A stretch of 64,000 bases of DNA from Lingula anatina. Taxonomy: Eukaryota > Animalia > Brachiopoda. Every line of letters starts with the position of its first letter. Position 1 is the stretch's first letter. Location: contig CM120642.1 in NCBI GenBank assembly GCA_051362555.1, positions 23,808,001 to 23,872,000 of the forward strand, written 5' to 3'. The notes below the pieces were generated by a model that was not told the DNA's origin, made no database searches, and saw only the letters and a program-made list of their open reading frames with translations. Of this stretch, positions 40,624 to 53,000 are shown one piece after another. The position numbers and the translations under genes are program-made.

Positions 40624-43600
40624 TTCCATTTGTAGGCCTGCTCATGAAGTATGATTTAAACAACAACGAGGAATCTATTGATAAACATTTCTTTTTGTCT
40701 TTCTGGATACCTGTCTGTCAATCATCTGCAAATGTACTTTTATGTACAATATACAAGATCCAGATCGGGTGACACAGAACAAGTGTGAAAGTGGACGTTG
40801 ATGTTGATTTTGCATGATGGTGTCAGCACAATGAGAAATCAAACTGTTCCTCATACATAACAATAAGTAGTTTAGAAATATGTTTTTTTTAACAGGCACA
40901 TCACTTCGTTTACTAGGGCTTAGTTTTTTTACGGATTAATATTTTTGTTTTCTTTTCCGTTAGTATTTGTTTATAAGTATTTAATGACAAATATAAAATA
41001 CTAGAGTAATTGTCAAAGGTGTTATTTGTAATTGGCAAATAACAAGTGCACCTCATTTATGAATAGTTCTTTCTTTTATGATTATGTAAAGGGATTTCAG
41101 TTAGTACTCAAAGTAAACATCAGAAGAAAATGGTAGGGATTCATTATGCAAATCTAAATATCAATGACAATGATCATGTAAATAATTAAGCAATTTTATT
41201 TTTAATGAGTCAGGTGTTATTGTACATATTGCAACCCTTCTTCTAATATGTGGATCTTATTTGGTCTTGTCTCTTTTTCTCCTTTCTCTCCATACCCCAG
41301 TAGACACTACTTCATTCCCTGTTCAAATTCTCTCTTTCCATTTTGATATCAAGATTCCTTTTAATTTCATCCCATTCCCCTTCTTTTCTTCCATATATAA
41401 TTAGCCTTTTCCACTCTAGCTGGAATTACGAAATAATATAGATAATTACTTGCCAATAGAACATGGTAAGTTTTTTTCAGCCAATTCGCAATGAGTTTGG
41501 AGTTTTCTTTTTTGGTGTGGGGGATTGGGGGGGGGGGAGGCTAGATGAAACAATATTATTCTGATGTGGCTCAAGCCCTCTTACCTCTGTTCTTTCATTT
41601 CTCCTCCCTTCTGTGAAGCCCCTCTGTTGTTGGTACGTATGTCATAAGGTGAAGTAGCAGAAATTGTCCTGAGCGGTATGCTGAGCCATGGTTTCCCTTC
41701 TCCCAACTGATGGCCACAGTCATGCAATGAGGGGGAACCGTAAAAACTAAAATATCAGAATAAAAATTTTAATACAGGAAGTGTATCTGTAAGAGAAATA
41801 TGAAAATAAAGTGAAGACCGTGATTTCATTGATGACATAGAGTAGAGTCTGTTTGCTCCTAGTGCCTGATTTGACTAAAAATTTCATTGTCAAAACTTAT
41901 AATCTGCGAATAGTTACCCATTGTCAAAGGTGCGCCAATATTAACCAATGGAGCACGGATAGCGGGGTGCATTTAAGGTTGTTTATGGTATCACTGTGTT
42001 CATTTCTATTTTAACAATGGAGGCGTACTATCCCAGTTACGGCTCTTGCTTCAGTTATTATCCAAGTGATGTTAGTCAAGCTTATCATCCCGTGGAAATA
42101 TACTGTATGTATTTCATTTTGTACTACTGTACCATATTTTTATTGTTTTATAAAGTTGTTGCATTCTTTACGGGGGTGTTGGATCAAGGCGTAGGAGTAG
42201 GCTCATCTATGTTGAAAGAGCTAGAAAAAAGATGAAATGAACCAGGGTCAGAATTTTAATCAATAGCAAAGCGCTTGCTATACAACATTCTTTTCGGTGC
42301 TGTTTTATGTTTGTTGAATTGATTAGTTATTTGAAGAGATCTTGTTATGGAATATGACTTGCCTCAATAGCAACTTGTATTTTGGATAATTGTAAGTAGT
42401 ATCTGTGTCATTTTGGGGTAATATATTTTTTATTGTTTGCATTTTATGTAAAGACACTTGAAATTTCTATGTCTGTTCTGATCAATAATTAGGCTTGTCT
42501 ATGTCCTTGCTGTAGTCATCACTGTCCAAAACACTTGTTCACCTTGGATCTTCTAAAAAAAGTGTTTTTGCTTTATTTCAAATAAACTAAGTGGTTTGTG
42601 TTTTCCAAAAGGACTGAGTTTTAAAAAAGTCAGCGTGATTGGAGTTTTTTTTTACGTGCATCCTTTTGAAATTCAGCTTGATCAGATATTTTTTACCATC
42701 TTAATTGATTTTTTTGCACTTTTAATGCATGCATTTTCAAATTGATGATGTTCACTCCATCAGTGCCAAATAACATTTTGTTTTTCTTCCAATTTGTTCA
42801 ATGCCTTTGCCCAGGAAAGTTGCCACGATCAGACTATCTTTACAATTTCTTTCTTTTTATATATTTTTTCTGATTTATTTTCTTTTTTGTATCTGCATAA
42901 ACGTCAACTCTGCACATGCTACATGCTTCAACTAAATCAATAAATTCACTTGAGATTTCTTTAGGCTGCTTTTCAAATTTTTTACATGAAGTAGACCAAC
43001 TTAATGAAAAGGCTTGAATTTTGATTGAAAAAGTTGTATAGTAAAAAAAGAGATTAAATTGATATCAAGATCTTTCGAGAACTTAGCAAGTTAAACATAA
43101 TGGCTGTACTGATTGATATTTTGAGAAAACTTTACAAATACATTTTGTCACATGAATATGACAGGGGTGAACTTTGAATATAATCTCAAACTGTGACTAG
43201 CTTAGGGTGCTTTCAGAACAAGGTGAGCCGCGAACTAATAGATCTGCAAGTAGGCAGGGAGATCAAAAGGGAATTATACAACATTGCTTCTAAGGGGGGT
43301 TGGCCATATTTGATCCACAGACCAGTTACTTCCTGGATCATCTGTTGTGAATGGGGCCTTAGATAATCTGGGCAACTAGATTTGGATAAAAAAAATAATT
43401 GCACAAGTAAGAGCCAGCCTGTAACAGGGAAGTTCAAGAAGAAGCAAGCACTTTGTCTGCCTTAGCTGAGTGTCTGTCATGGTGTTATATATATATATGT
43501 TAGAGAGAGCACAGTGTGGTTATGTAGTATGTGCTGTGAATTCTTGGTAATACTTATGCCCTGTGCTCTATGCCAAGGTAATATCATAAGTGTATGCAGT

Positions 43601-46600
43601 GTTCATTCCATGTAAAAGTACATAGGGAATCCTTACCAGTAACTTTTTAGTTGGCTTTTAAAACACAGAGCAATATTGTATATTAACATACAGGTTTTTC
43701 AAACCGGAAATGATCAAGACAAAAATAATAATTGTAATAATGATGAATGAATGAATATATAAATGAATATTTAAAATGGTGTACAGCATTACCATATCTT
43801 TGTATCCAGAAATTTAAAGGAAAAAAATATTATTATAATTTTTTTTTGTGGGGGGGCATGAAAATAGATGACATTTGATATGTGAAAAAGACATCACATC
43901 ATGGTAAATTAAGAATTGATAATGGTGCTTTGACAGTCACGGTAGGTGAAGCAGCTTGCTAATACAGGCTCTGTGGAGATCGATGATATGTCACCAAAGG
44001 CTGGCTTGTAGTTGAACGTCGTAACGTGCGCATGTCTGAACATTGCTCTTCGCTCTCTGCGTTCACGGCTGTCTGCGCTCACAGACACTAGACAGTGTGA
44101 ACTTTAATCTTACGTCATGTTGTAAACATCCTGAATAAGTGAGATGCTGAATATGGGATGCTATCGCTGACTTCTGTCTGGCTTAGTGCCTGTAAACAGT
44201 TCCGTGCCTTATCTGATGTAACAGCTGGCTACATAATGACATTATTTCATGTAGCAAATTCTATTTCTTCTTCATTGTTATAATATTAATCACAATGTTT
44301 TTTTTTTATTAAAGACATATATTCCTAAGTTATTCCCTAATTTTCTTCATTTTTTTCATCCTGTCTTAACATATTTTCAACATTTTTCATTCATTTGAAA
44401 GGAAGGTTTTCATATAGCAATTTATAGGGTAGATTTATCATACCTTGGCAGTGAATTATTTATGTGAAAATTAATTATATTGGAAAGCAGTTATGTCATC
44501 ATGGTGGCAGACGGTAGTTTTTACGGAGATGACAAAGGTTGACGGTTCTTCAAAAAATAATTGTGTATGGCAAAATTAAAGGATATAAGGGAAATTTTTT
44601 TGGTAGTCATAGCATTAGTTTGTCATTCTCTGCATTAGATTGGAGTTATTTTGGCTTTGTGTAAGTTAAAAAACTTTAATGAAAAGGAACATGATTTACA
44701 TGTTAAATAATCACATTGTTATGGTTTGTCTTCGTGCTGACATGCATGATTATTACACAAGACAAACTAGCAAAATGCAGTAACCCAGCTATATAAGTTC
44801 AGCCAGGTACTGTAGTCAGTTAAAATATCCTGTCCATTTGGCATCCTATTGCATAATTGCTGTGGATTGTTGACCCCATGACTGTGGCTTGTAAAGGGCA
44901 CTGCAGGTCAACTTTGTTTGGACATCTAGGATGATAAAGTAGATTGCTGAAGTTGTTAGTAATCCATTTGAAGTATTATTAACATACTTTATCTTAATGA
45001 TACAATACTTCCATATCAGCTCTCGATAAAGGTACCAGATCTTGGGGCCCATTCAGATTCAGACATTGTACCATCTAGGTCGGTCCAACTCTGCGGGGGA
45101 TTCTCTCTAAGTGCAATCAGTGGCATCAGCTTAATTGCCTGGCAGCTGGGGGGTAATTAAGTCGAGTAACTAAGTCGAGTGCTCAAAGCTAATTGTTTAT
45201 CATGATTAAATTAGGAAAGTGCTAGCTCAGTTCATTGTGTGTTTTGTGAATTGTTCTTTGAATTATGTTGCATTAAACATACTTTTTCAACAGTTATCTT
45301 AGCATTCTTTTTCCACCTTTTCAAAAAATTTAATAAATAAATGAATAAATAAATGTAATCAAAAATAAATTAAATGAAAAATTAAATAAAAATAAAGGAA
45401 ATAAAGGGATCAAAATTAATAAATGAAAAATGTGAGATTTTGCTTATTTTTAGTTATGAATTGTTTAAATTACACTCCCTGTCTTTTTCTTAATCCCTTA
45501 AATGTGTTCTTACAGACTTGGATAAATATTTGGAATTTTTTTGTTTTTCACAATTGCAACTGCCATTTCTGTTGTTAACTTTGCTAACAAGACATTCTTG
45601 TTTGTATTTTAGCCACCTCTGTCAGTATGGATGACTTCAACTTCAACCATGATGTCAAGGGTCCCATAGCCGAGCTGTGTCCAGTTTGTGGAGACAAAGT
45701 ATCCGGGTACCACTATGGTCTTCTTACCTGTGAAAGTTGTAAAGGTAGGATATGAAAAAGAATTGCTGTGGTCTTACCTATATGAAAGTGAAGGCACAAT
45801 GGCTATCATCTTAGATGATTTAAAAAGAAATGGCAGTAAATGACTTCATAGGCCGTATTCCCAACAGCAGACAAACTAGAACGCAGATCAAATATGGCCG
45901 ACCCACTTGAATGCTTGTTGCATAATCCCCGCGGGAAATCTATTCAGTGTCGGGGATTAGACAGCAAGCTTTTAAGTGGGTTGCCATATTTAATCCATCG
46001 AGTAGTTAGTTTGTTGTTGTTAATGCTGCTATATTAGACAAGAAAACACATGGTGATACCAGAACAAGTGGTGAATACGGAGCCAATAAATTATTTCAGA
46101 AATAGATTAGATAGCCACTGGGGTATGCAAGAGGTGCTCTACCATTGTAATGCAGAGTTTAAGACTCTTGAGTACAGGAAGTCACAAAAACCTTATATTG
46201 CAAAGTTGAGATTCTTACAAAGAGGATGTGCCAGGACAAATCGTAAGTAAGAGATAGGGTTGTTTATGCACAGGAAATGTTGTCTTAGAAAGCAATGCAA
46301 AAGTGACATAAAAACATGGTAAATACTGTCGCTACAATCTTCCTCTTATTTCTAATGTACTAGTACTCATATAATCACCAGCTTCTCTGTACAGTATTCT
46401 ACTCAATGCTAGGAGGAGGTGTGTTAGTCTGTTATCTGAGTCCCGCTGAGTTAGTGCGCACTAACTTATTTTCATGGACTACATTTGTCATGTTGTATTT
46501 GGATTCACCTCAGACAATTAAGTTAGCGAGGAGCACGGAAATGAATCGGGCTGTTACTCAGTATCCTTCTTAGTGTGAGGCCCTTTTAACGTCAAGTGGT

Positions 46601-47033
46601 ATACTGTTTAGACTGGGTATTACTTTAAAAATAGTAATAATACCAAGAACCGCTTAACATCCATGTCTCAACTTTCATAAGTTTCTTCCTGTGTCTTGAC
46701 ACTTCTCAGTAAAATAGCGATCTGCTGGTGTCTTGTGTTATCGCGCGGATTACATGTTGAGTCACGTGACAACCACATCTGAGATGTCATTGGTCTATTA
46801 CAGAGTAGTGGGAGGAGTGACCCTAGGGTTCACACAACGATTTATTTCAACTGTGAGCCACATTGCTTGGTCCAGGAAGCGACTCCAAATTCCTTGCATA
46901 TAAATTAGATGATTTCATAATCTTTATTAAAGAACCATCTAAATGGAGCCCATCTGCTCCACATCACCGTAGCACTGGATCACGTTTGATTGGTACATTG
47001 GGAGATTGTAAAAGGATTCAGATTCAGATTCTT

Positions 47034-47078
<45 letters not shown>

Positions 47079-50000
47079 CTTTATTAGTTCTAGCACAATT
47101 TTACAAAGGCTATGACCAAACAATTACATAGGTACCATATTGAAATAGGTTAATACTTAGCGTGTATACTTAAATGTAAATTCTGTTATATAGAATTGAT
47201 GAACACCTTCACATACAAGGTACAATCAATGACATCACAGGAATCTGTAACTATCAAAAGGAAGTGAAATTCTCTATAGTCTAGCAGAATTACATGTTTG
47301 GGACCTGAGAAATTGGAGCGATGCCATAAACTTTACATTTGGTGTGAAAAGGGAGCACTACTAGTACTTAGTTGTTCATTTTGGCCTTATCAAGCAACAG
47401 TTGAACTGTAACTGGTAGCTGGTTGATTCAAGGGAGAAGACTTTAATATTCTTTGTAATTCCTGAGTGGGTAGTCAGTGTAATGAGTGATGGATACGGGA
47501 CAAATCAAAGGTAACAAGCACTCTACAATGTTACAGTGTAATGAACCTTTTACATATACCTATGACAAATGTCCTAAACTTATATAATTTTGTACGCTTA
47601 ATTCAAGCGTGGGCTCGAAATAGGACATCACGTTTTAGACTAACTTGGTGGAGAACGCAATCCAAAGATTCCACGGTTCGTGTCAGATTTACGTAAGGTC
47701 GCGCGAAGAAAACCCAAATCCACATAATGACCAGTTAAATGATTTATTTGTTGATGCTCGGTAACTACATATTCTAAATGAAGTCTCCAACTCTTAACTC
47801 GTCAGCTCCGTACTCCGTCGCTTCCAATCTCCTCCTCTGCTGCTTCCTTCTACATGACTCCCCAATCTCTCTCAAGGTATTGCTTATATCCTTATTCCTT
47901 ATCTACATGTATAGTCCATGACGCAAACTTTAACTACCTTTAATTGTATAATTAATTTCTTTACCTCGGCGTCATACACAGAGACTGCCGCATTACTCAA
48001 GAGCTATTAGACTACAAGACATTACGTCATACGACTTCGTATGATCTTTATGTCGGACCCGACAACAGAGACATTCTGTAACAATTTGAGTATGAGGCCA
48101 AAATATCAGCTCTGGCTATTTCGACTAACATGTCAATTGCCAGGGAAACATCAGCATTGGCAGTTGCCAAAGAATCATCAATGAAAGACAATGTCAAAAG
48201 GTCGTAATATGAATTTTAAAACTATTGTTTTGAAGGTTTAGTTATGTCTCAAGGATCAAATTAAAAAACAATATGCCTAATATTGTGGTATGTTTGGTGT
48301 GCACAGTGTTGAATAATAATTATTTAAAATAATTAAGTAAGTACAGTTTAGCAAGGGATGTACTGTTGTTATGATTTGCGAACAATCATGATCCCATGGT
48401 TTTAAATTCTAATTTAGTATTTTCACCAGTTGCCTAAAAGGATAACCACTGTTCATTTTGGCCAAAAAATGAATTTTCCAGGGGTTAACAACAATTCCCC
48501 ATACTTACCAATGGTTAATGAATCCATTTCTACATTCAGAGTTAGTCCTTTTTTTTTTTTTCAAAAGTTTTTGGTAATAAATCTCTTAAGAGATTACTAC
48601 AGAGTATTGCCATCTATGGAGGTCACGTGGTCAGATGACAAGCACAGATTTCAGAATAATTGCTATAACTGCCATTTTTGTGGTTTAATAGAATGTATTA
48701 TAGGCTCTATTCCCATAGATTTTAGATCGATCTATCCCCGCGGGGAGTCTCACTAGATTACTTTCAGATAATCCGACTTAAATGTCCGTCCCGCCTACTA
48801 CAAGCTGTAACGGGGTAATTAACTTTCGTGTCCGCCCGGCTGACAGCTATTTAGCGTGAACCCCCAGGGAGTTAGGTCGATCTAAAGTAGGTCGATCTAA
48901 TCTATGGAAATGGGGTGATATTTTTATGAGTTGTTTACAATGTATTTATTATAAAATATGGATTTCTTACAAAGAGTTGTTATCCCTTTTTATTCCTTTT
49001 TGAAATTATAATTTCTATAAATATGAAAAAATTGCTATCCTTTCAGTCATATTGTGGAAAGATTTCATTTGGCTAGTAAGAAACAAAAATGTGCTTGTGT
49101 GGCCTTAAGATGAACCACGCGCTAGTAACATGTGAAATAGTTCATGGGGTTGATTGATTAAAAAACTGTGACAGCAATAAAGGTAAATGAAGAGGAAAAA
49201 ATATCATATTGACAAAGAAGCTTGCCTGGCCGATTAAGGCAACACACAGCTCGTACATGTGACAAAAGAGAGCTAGTAGTGTGTTTTATCATGATTCCAG
49301 GATTTTTTCCTAGCTAACTCGAGCCAAGTAGATCCCTCACACAACAATTTGCAAGTGTCACAACATGTGATAATATGTGTCCTGAAGGCATCCAGTGCAT
49401 GCAAGGGCTTAATGTAGTGAAAAAAAATGTATTCTAGTCTCCTTGAAATTAAAGCAAATTTCTCATTGTTTCGGATATTTATGCTGTTAATTTCTAACTT
49501 TTTACTGTGACGAATGAAATTATCTGCTCATCCGAATTACAAGAGTAGCCCAAAAATGAGAAGTGAAGAATGGAAAAAAACAGTTCACAGTTCATGTAAG
49601 TTTGTTGACAATTTTGGTCATGGTAGACCTTGGTGATTCAGGGGAAAGTGTTGGCATTTTCAGGAAAATTCATTTTTGCCACCATTTTGTTAATATTAAT
49701 ATGCCTGTTATTGTGAGTCTGGGACATTTTTTAAAAAAGTGTCAGATAAAAACCCATGATTTAAACTCCTAGGCCTTTGATATTCAATCTTTTATTTCAA
49801 AATGTGTCAGTGGAAGTGTATTACAGCCCACCATGGAGTACAGATGCTCAAGACAGTTTTAATAAAAACCTGCTATTAATTCATGAAGTTAGAGTTAAGG
49901 CCGGTGATAGGGTTAAATACGCTTAAAATCATGTTTTTGAGTTTTTTGTGTGTTTATATTAATCAAAAAAGTATCTAACGTTAGATGTAATAATTTTTAT

Positions 50001-53000
50001 GAATTTGCATTGCAAAATGCGTCTTTTGATGAGTTTTTCAACCGGCACGCGCCCCAGTCAGGCTGACAACTAAGCCACGCCTCTGTTACTAAGGGCCGTT
50101 GCCATGAGGGGGTCGGAGCACAGTTAATGAGTTATAAGCCGATTACGTGTGCGGTAATAGGTCATAAGATTTACATCAGCTTAGCAGCGAAGAAGTCTAG
50201 CTAGTACACTATGGGGAAGAGAAAAGTTCGTGTTAAAAGTCCCTTTCCAGAGGAAAGAAGCAAAATTTTGAGAGTAAGGCCTATGCGTGGCGGTTGGGGG
50301 AAACCGGCCCTATTTGTTCAGTCGGATGACTGATTTCTGTATACCTAATAAATTGGTGAAAGAGTTAATCGAAACGTCTAAATTAATTGACAAATGAAAG
50401 AAAAATCGATAAATACATAAATAAAAAAAGCTAAAAAAAGGATACTTTTAGCCTAGCCTTTAATTTTTGCGATATATATCGTCGAGCGTATCTGCGACAC
50501 GTTACGAAACCGGAAATGATTGTTGGTCGCCGTTTGCAAAAGGTAAATCTAATGTTGACAAAATAAATTTTTATTCTCCAAGATATGATATCATGGAGCT
50601 TGAGAGAGACGCGAAAAATTGTGATTTGAATGGCCAAACAAGAGAAATCCAAGCAAAGGTTGACAGCATGATTAAAACAATAAAAATAAAAACGCATGTT
50701 AGCGGCTTTGCATTTTGCGATATTTGGAGAAAAACAATTTCAAAATCACTGATCAAGCGGGAAGAAAGAGTTCAAGTGTCCAAAAATGAAAATCACAAAA
50801 AGACCCCGAGAATAGTCAAGGCTAGCAGGTAAAAAGCAAATAGGGTCTAAGTGTCATGTGTGTAAAAATAAAATATTTATTCAAAAGCCTTCTCTCAGCC
50901 ACTTTTACCGCTGAATCTTGTGCAGCTGAGCGTCTCCCCTTTATCTTAGCTGGCATTTTGAGCGAGACCGCTCTGAAGTAATCACTGGATTTTTCCGTTG
51001 ATCTGACGACTACCAAGTGCCGTGCAAAATAATCCTGCAGCGTTACCCGTCAAAAAACTTGTATCAACACAAGTGACGGACACTTGCGCTCGACACAGTT
51101 TTATCTGATCACTTTGCCGATAACAAAGAAGGAATCTCTCAGGTAAAATTACTCGATTGCCGAGGAAGAGCCATTGAAACGTTCAAATGCAACTTCACAC
51201 CTCTTAATTGCGGCTAAACGTAATCGCCTTTGTTAGCGCTTCCTTCTACATATCCTTGACACCCTACGGGGCATCACTAGGCTAGGGCCCTCTCCAGAGC
51301 TGTCAATCAAAATGGCGGCACGCTTACATGCCTAACGAGTGGTCGGAAAATGTAACAAAAGCACGATTTTCTGCCCCTTCAAAGCACCCAAACAAAATAT
51401 TTTTAGATGACAATAAGCAATGGTTCCATCTGATCGTATAACCGATAACAGGTAAATTTGCCAGCTAAGCATTTGACTAATAAGCCCTGTTAACCAACCT
51501 GTGAACGTTTTTGGCTGTTTTAACAGCTTTCTATATTGACGAGATAAGTGAATCGCTGCCAAGTATATCTCACTATCTGAGCAACCTATCGTTACAAAAG
51601 TTGCACCTATTGTTGTTAGGAATGTGGACTACAGCATGATATCAGGGGTTTAAGAGGAAATTGTTTGTTTGAAAGTTATTGCCTTTTGAAGTGAATAACC
51701 CATTGAAATATGGGCTGATTTAACGTAAAAGATGATAAAATCAAAAGTAAATAGTTTAAGACAATTCCCTGGTACCCCGCTGTAGTGCTTTCACCCAGCT
51801 TTATGAGGCCTTTTGAATCACTTGAATAGCTGTCTTGGTTATAGAGAAAATCCCAATACCGAAAACGGCATTTTTCCCCTCAAATTGGCGCCAGAGCGTC
51901 ATCCGTTGGACACTGTACTTAATCCCCGTCTTTAATTGGCCTTTTGGGAAGTTTGTTTTAATTTTTTATAAAAACTTATAAGCCCAGGGCTTTGTTTCTA
52001 TGACTTTGGTCCTTTTACTATCACTGGCCTTAAGTCTATTTAAACTTAGTTACATTGGACATATTTTTTAATGAAATGTTGTTAATTAGTTTTAAAGGGT
52101 TTATAATAGGAGATACATGTTTCTAGAAATAGATTTACTTTGTCAGTAGACTACCAGAGCATGTGTGTTTTCTGTGGAAACCTTATTATCAATTAATTTT
52201 CTACCGTTTTACAATAATGATATGAAATGAAGCAGTTCAGTTATTTTCTTAAGCAGGCTAAGCTTGCAGATAGAACCAGTCATTGTTATTGAACACATCC
52301 ATCATTATAGTTTAAATACTATAAAATTCTGGGTTTATGAACAGTATTGGCTTTGTGCTCAATTGCTCAATTGTTCTTTGCAGGTTTTTTCAAGCGCACA
52401 GTCCAGAATAAAAAAGTCTACTCTTGCGTAGATGACCAAAGCTGCCACATAGACAAAAGTCAGAGGAAACGCTGTCCATATTGTAGATTTCAGAAATGCT
52501 TACTAGTTGGAATGAAGCTAGAAGGTACTGTTTCAGCATGACTTCTGTCAGATTTTAACATGTTGAAGTGGCAGAATGCCACAGTAAAAGATCGCATGCT
52601 GCTCAATTAAACCAACTCTAGATACTCACATGAATAACTAATAAAAGATTAAAGATCTTACCTGCATAAAATATTTCTGGGAAATTCCTGGTGCATCTCA
52701 TCTTTCAATTTTTCTTAAAAAGAAATATGATGAAAGAAAAATGAGATGTCTGAAAATGGGCACAGGTCATGTTTATAACATTTTTAACATTCAGCATTGT
52801 TGTCAAGTGTCACTTGGAGATTACACCTAAATGTCCTCCATTTTATCAAATGGTTCATCTACATGGATTTTTTAGAGTTCCATATTTCTAAAAATATCTG
52901 AAATATTTATTTTTAATTACAATTTAATTTAAGTAGTTTCCTACTCTTGTTAATGTTCACCCACAGTCAGCTTATCTTTTCAAGAATCTAGTCTTTTTTT

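Noticed and set aside
45768-45796. Degenerate echo of the exon end (ggtcttacctatatgaaagtgaagg) just inside the intron
   Set aside because: Too short and diverged, and lacks a GT donor, so an alternative splice site cannot be claimed.
50467-50832. 121-aa ORF as an independent gene
   Set aside because: It is inside the TTAA-flanked transposon, has no ATG start and no recognisable domain.
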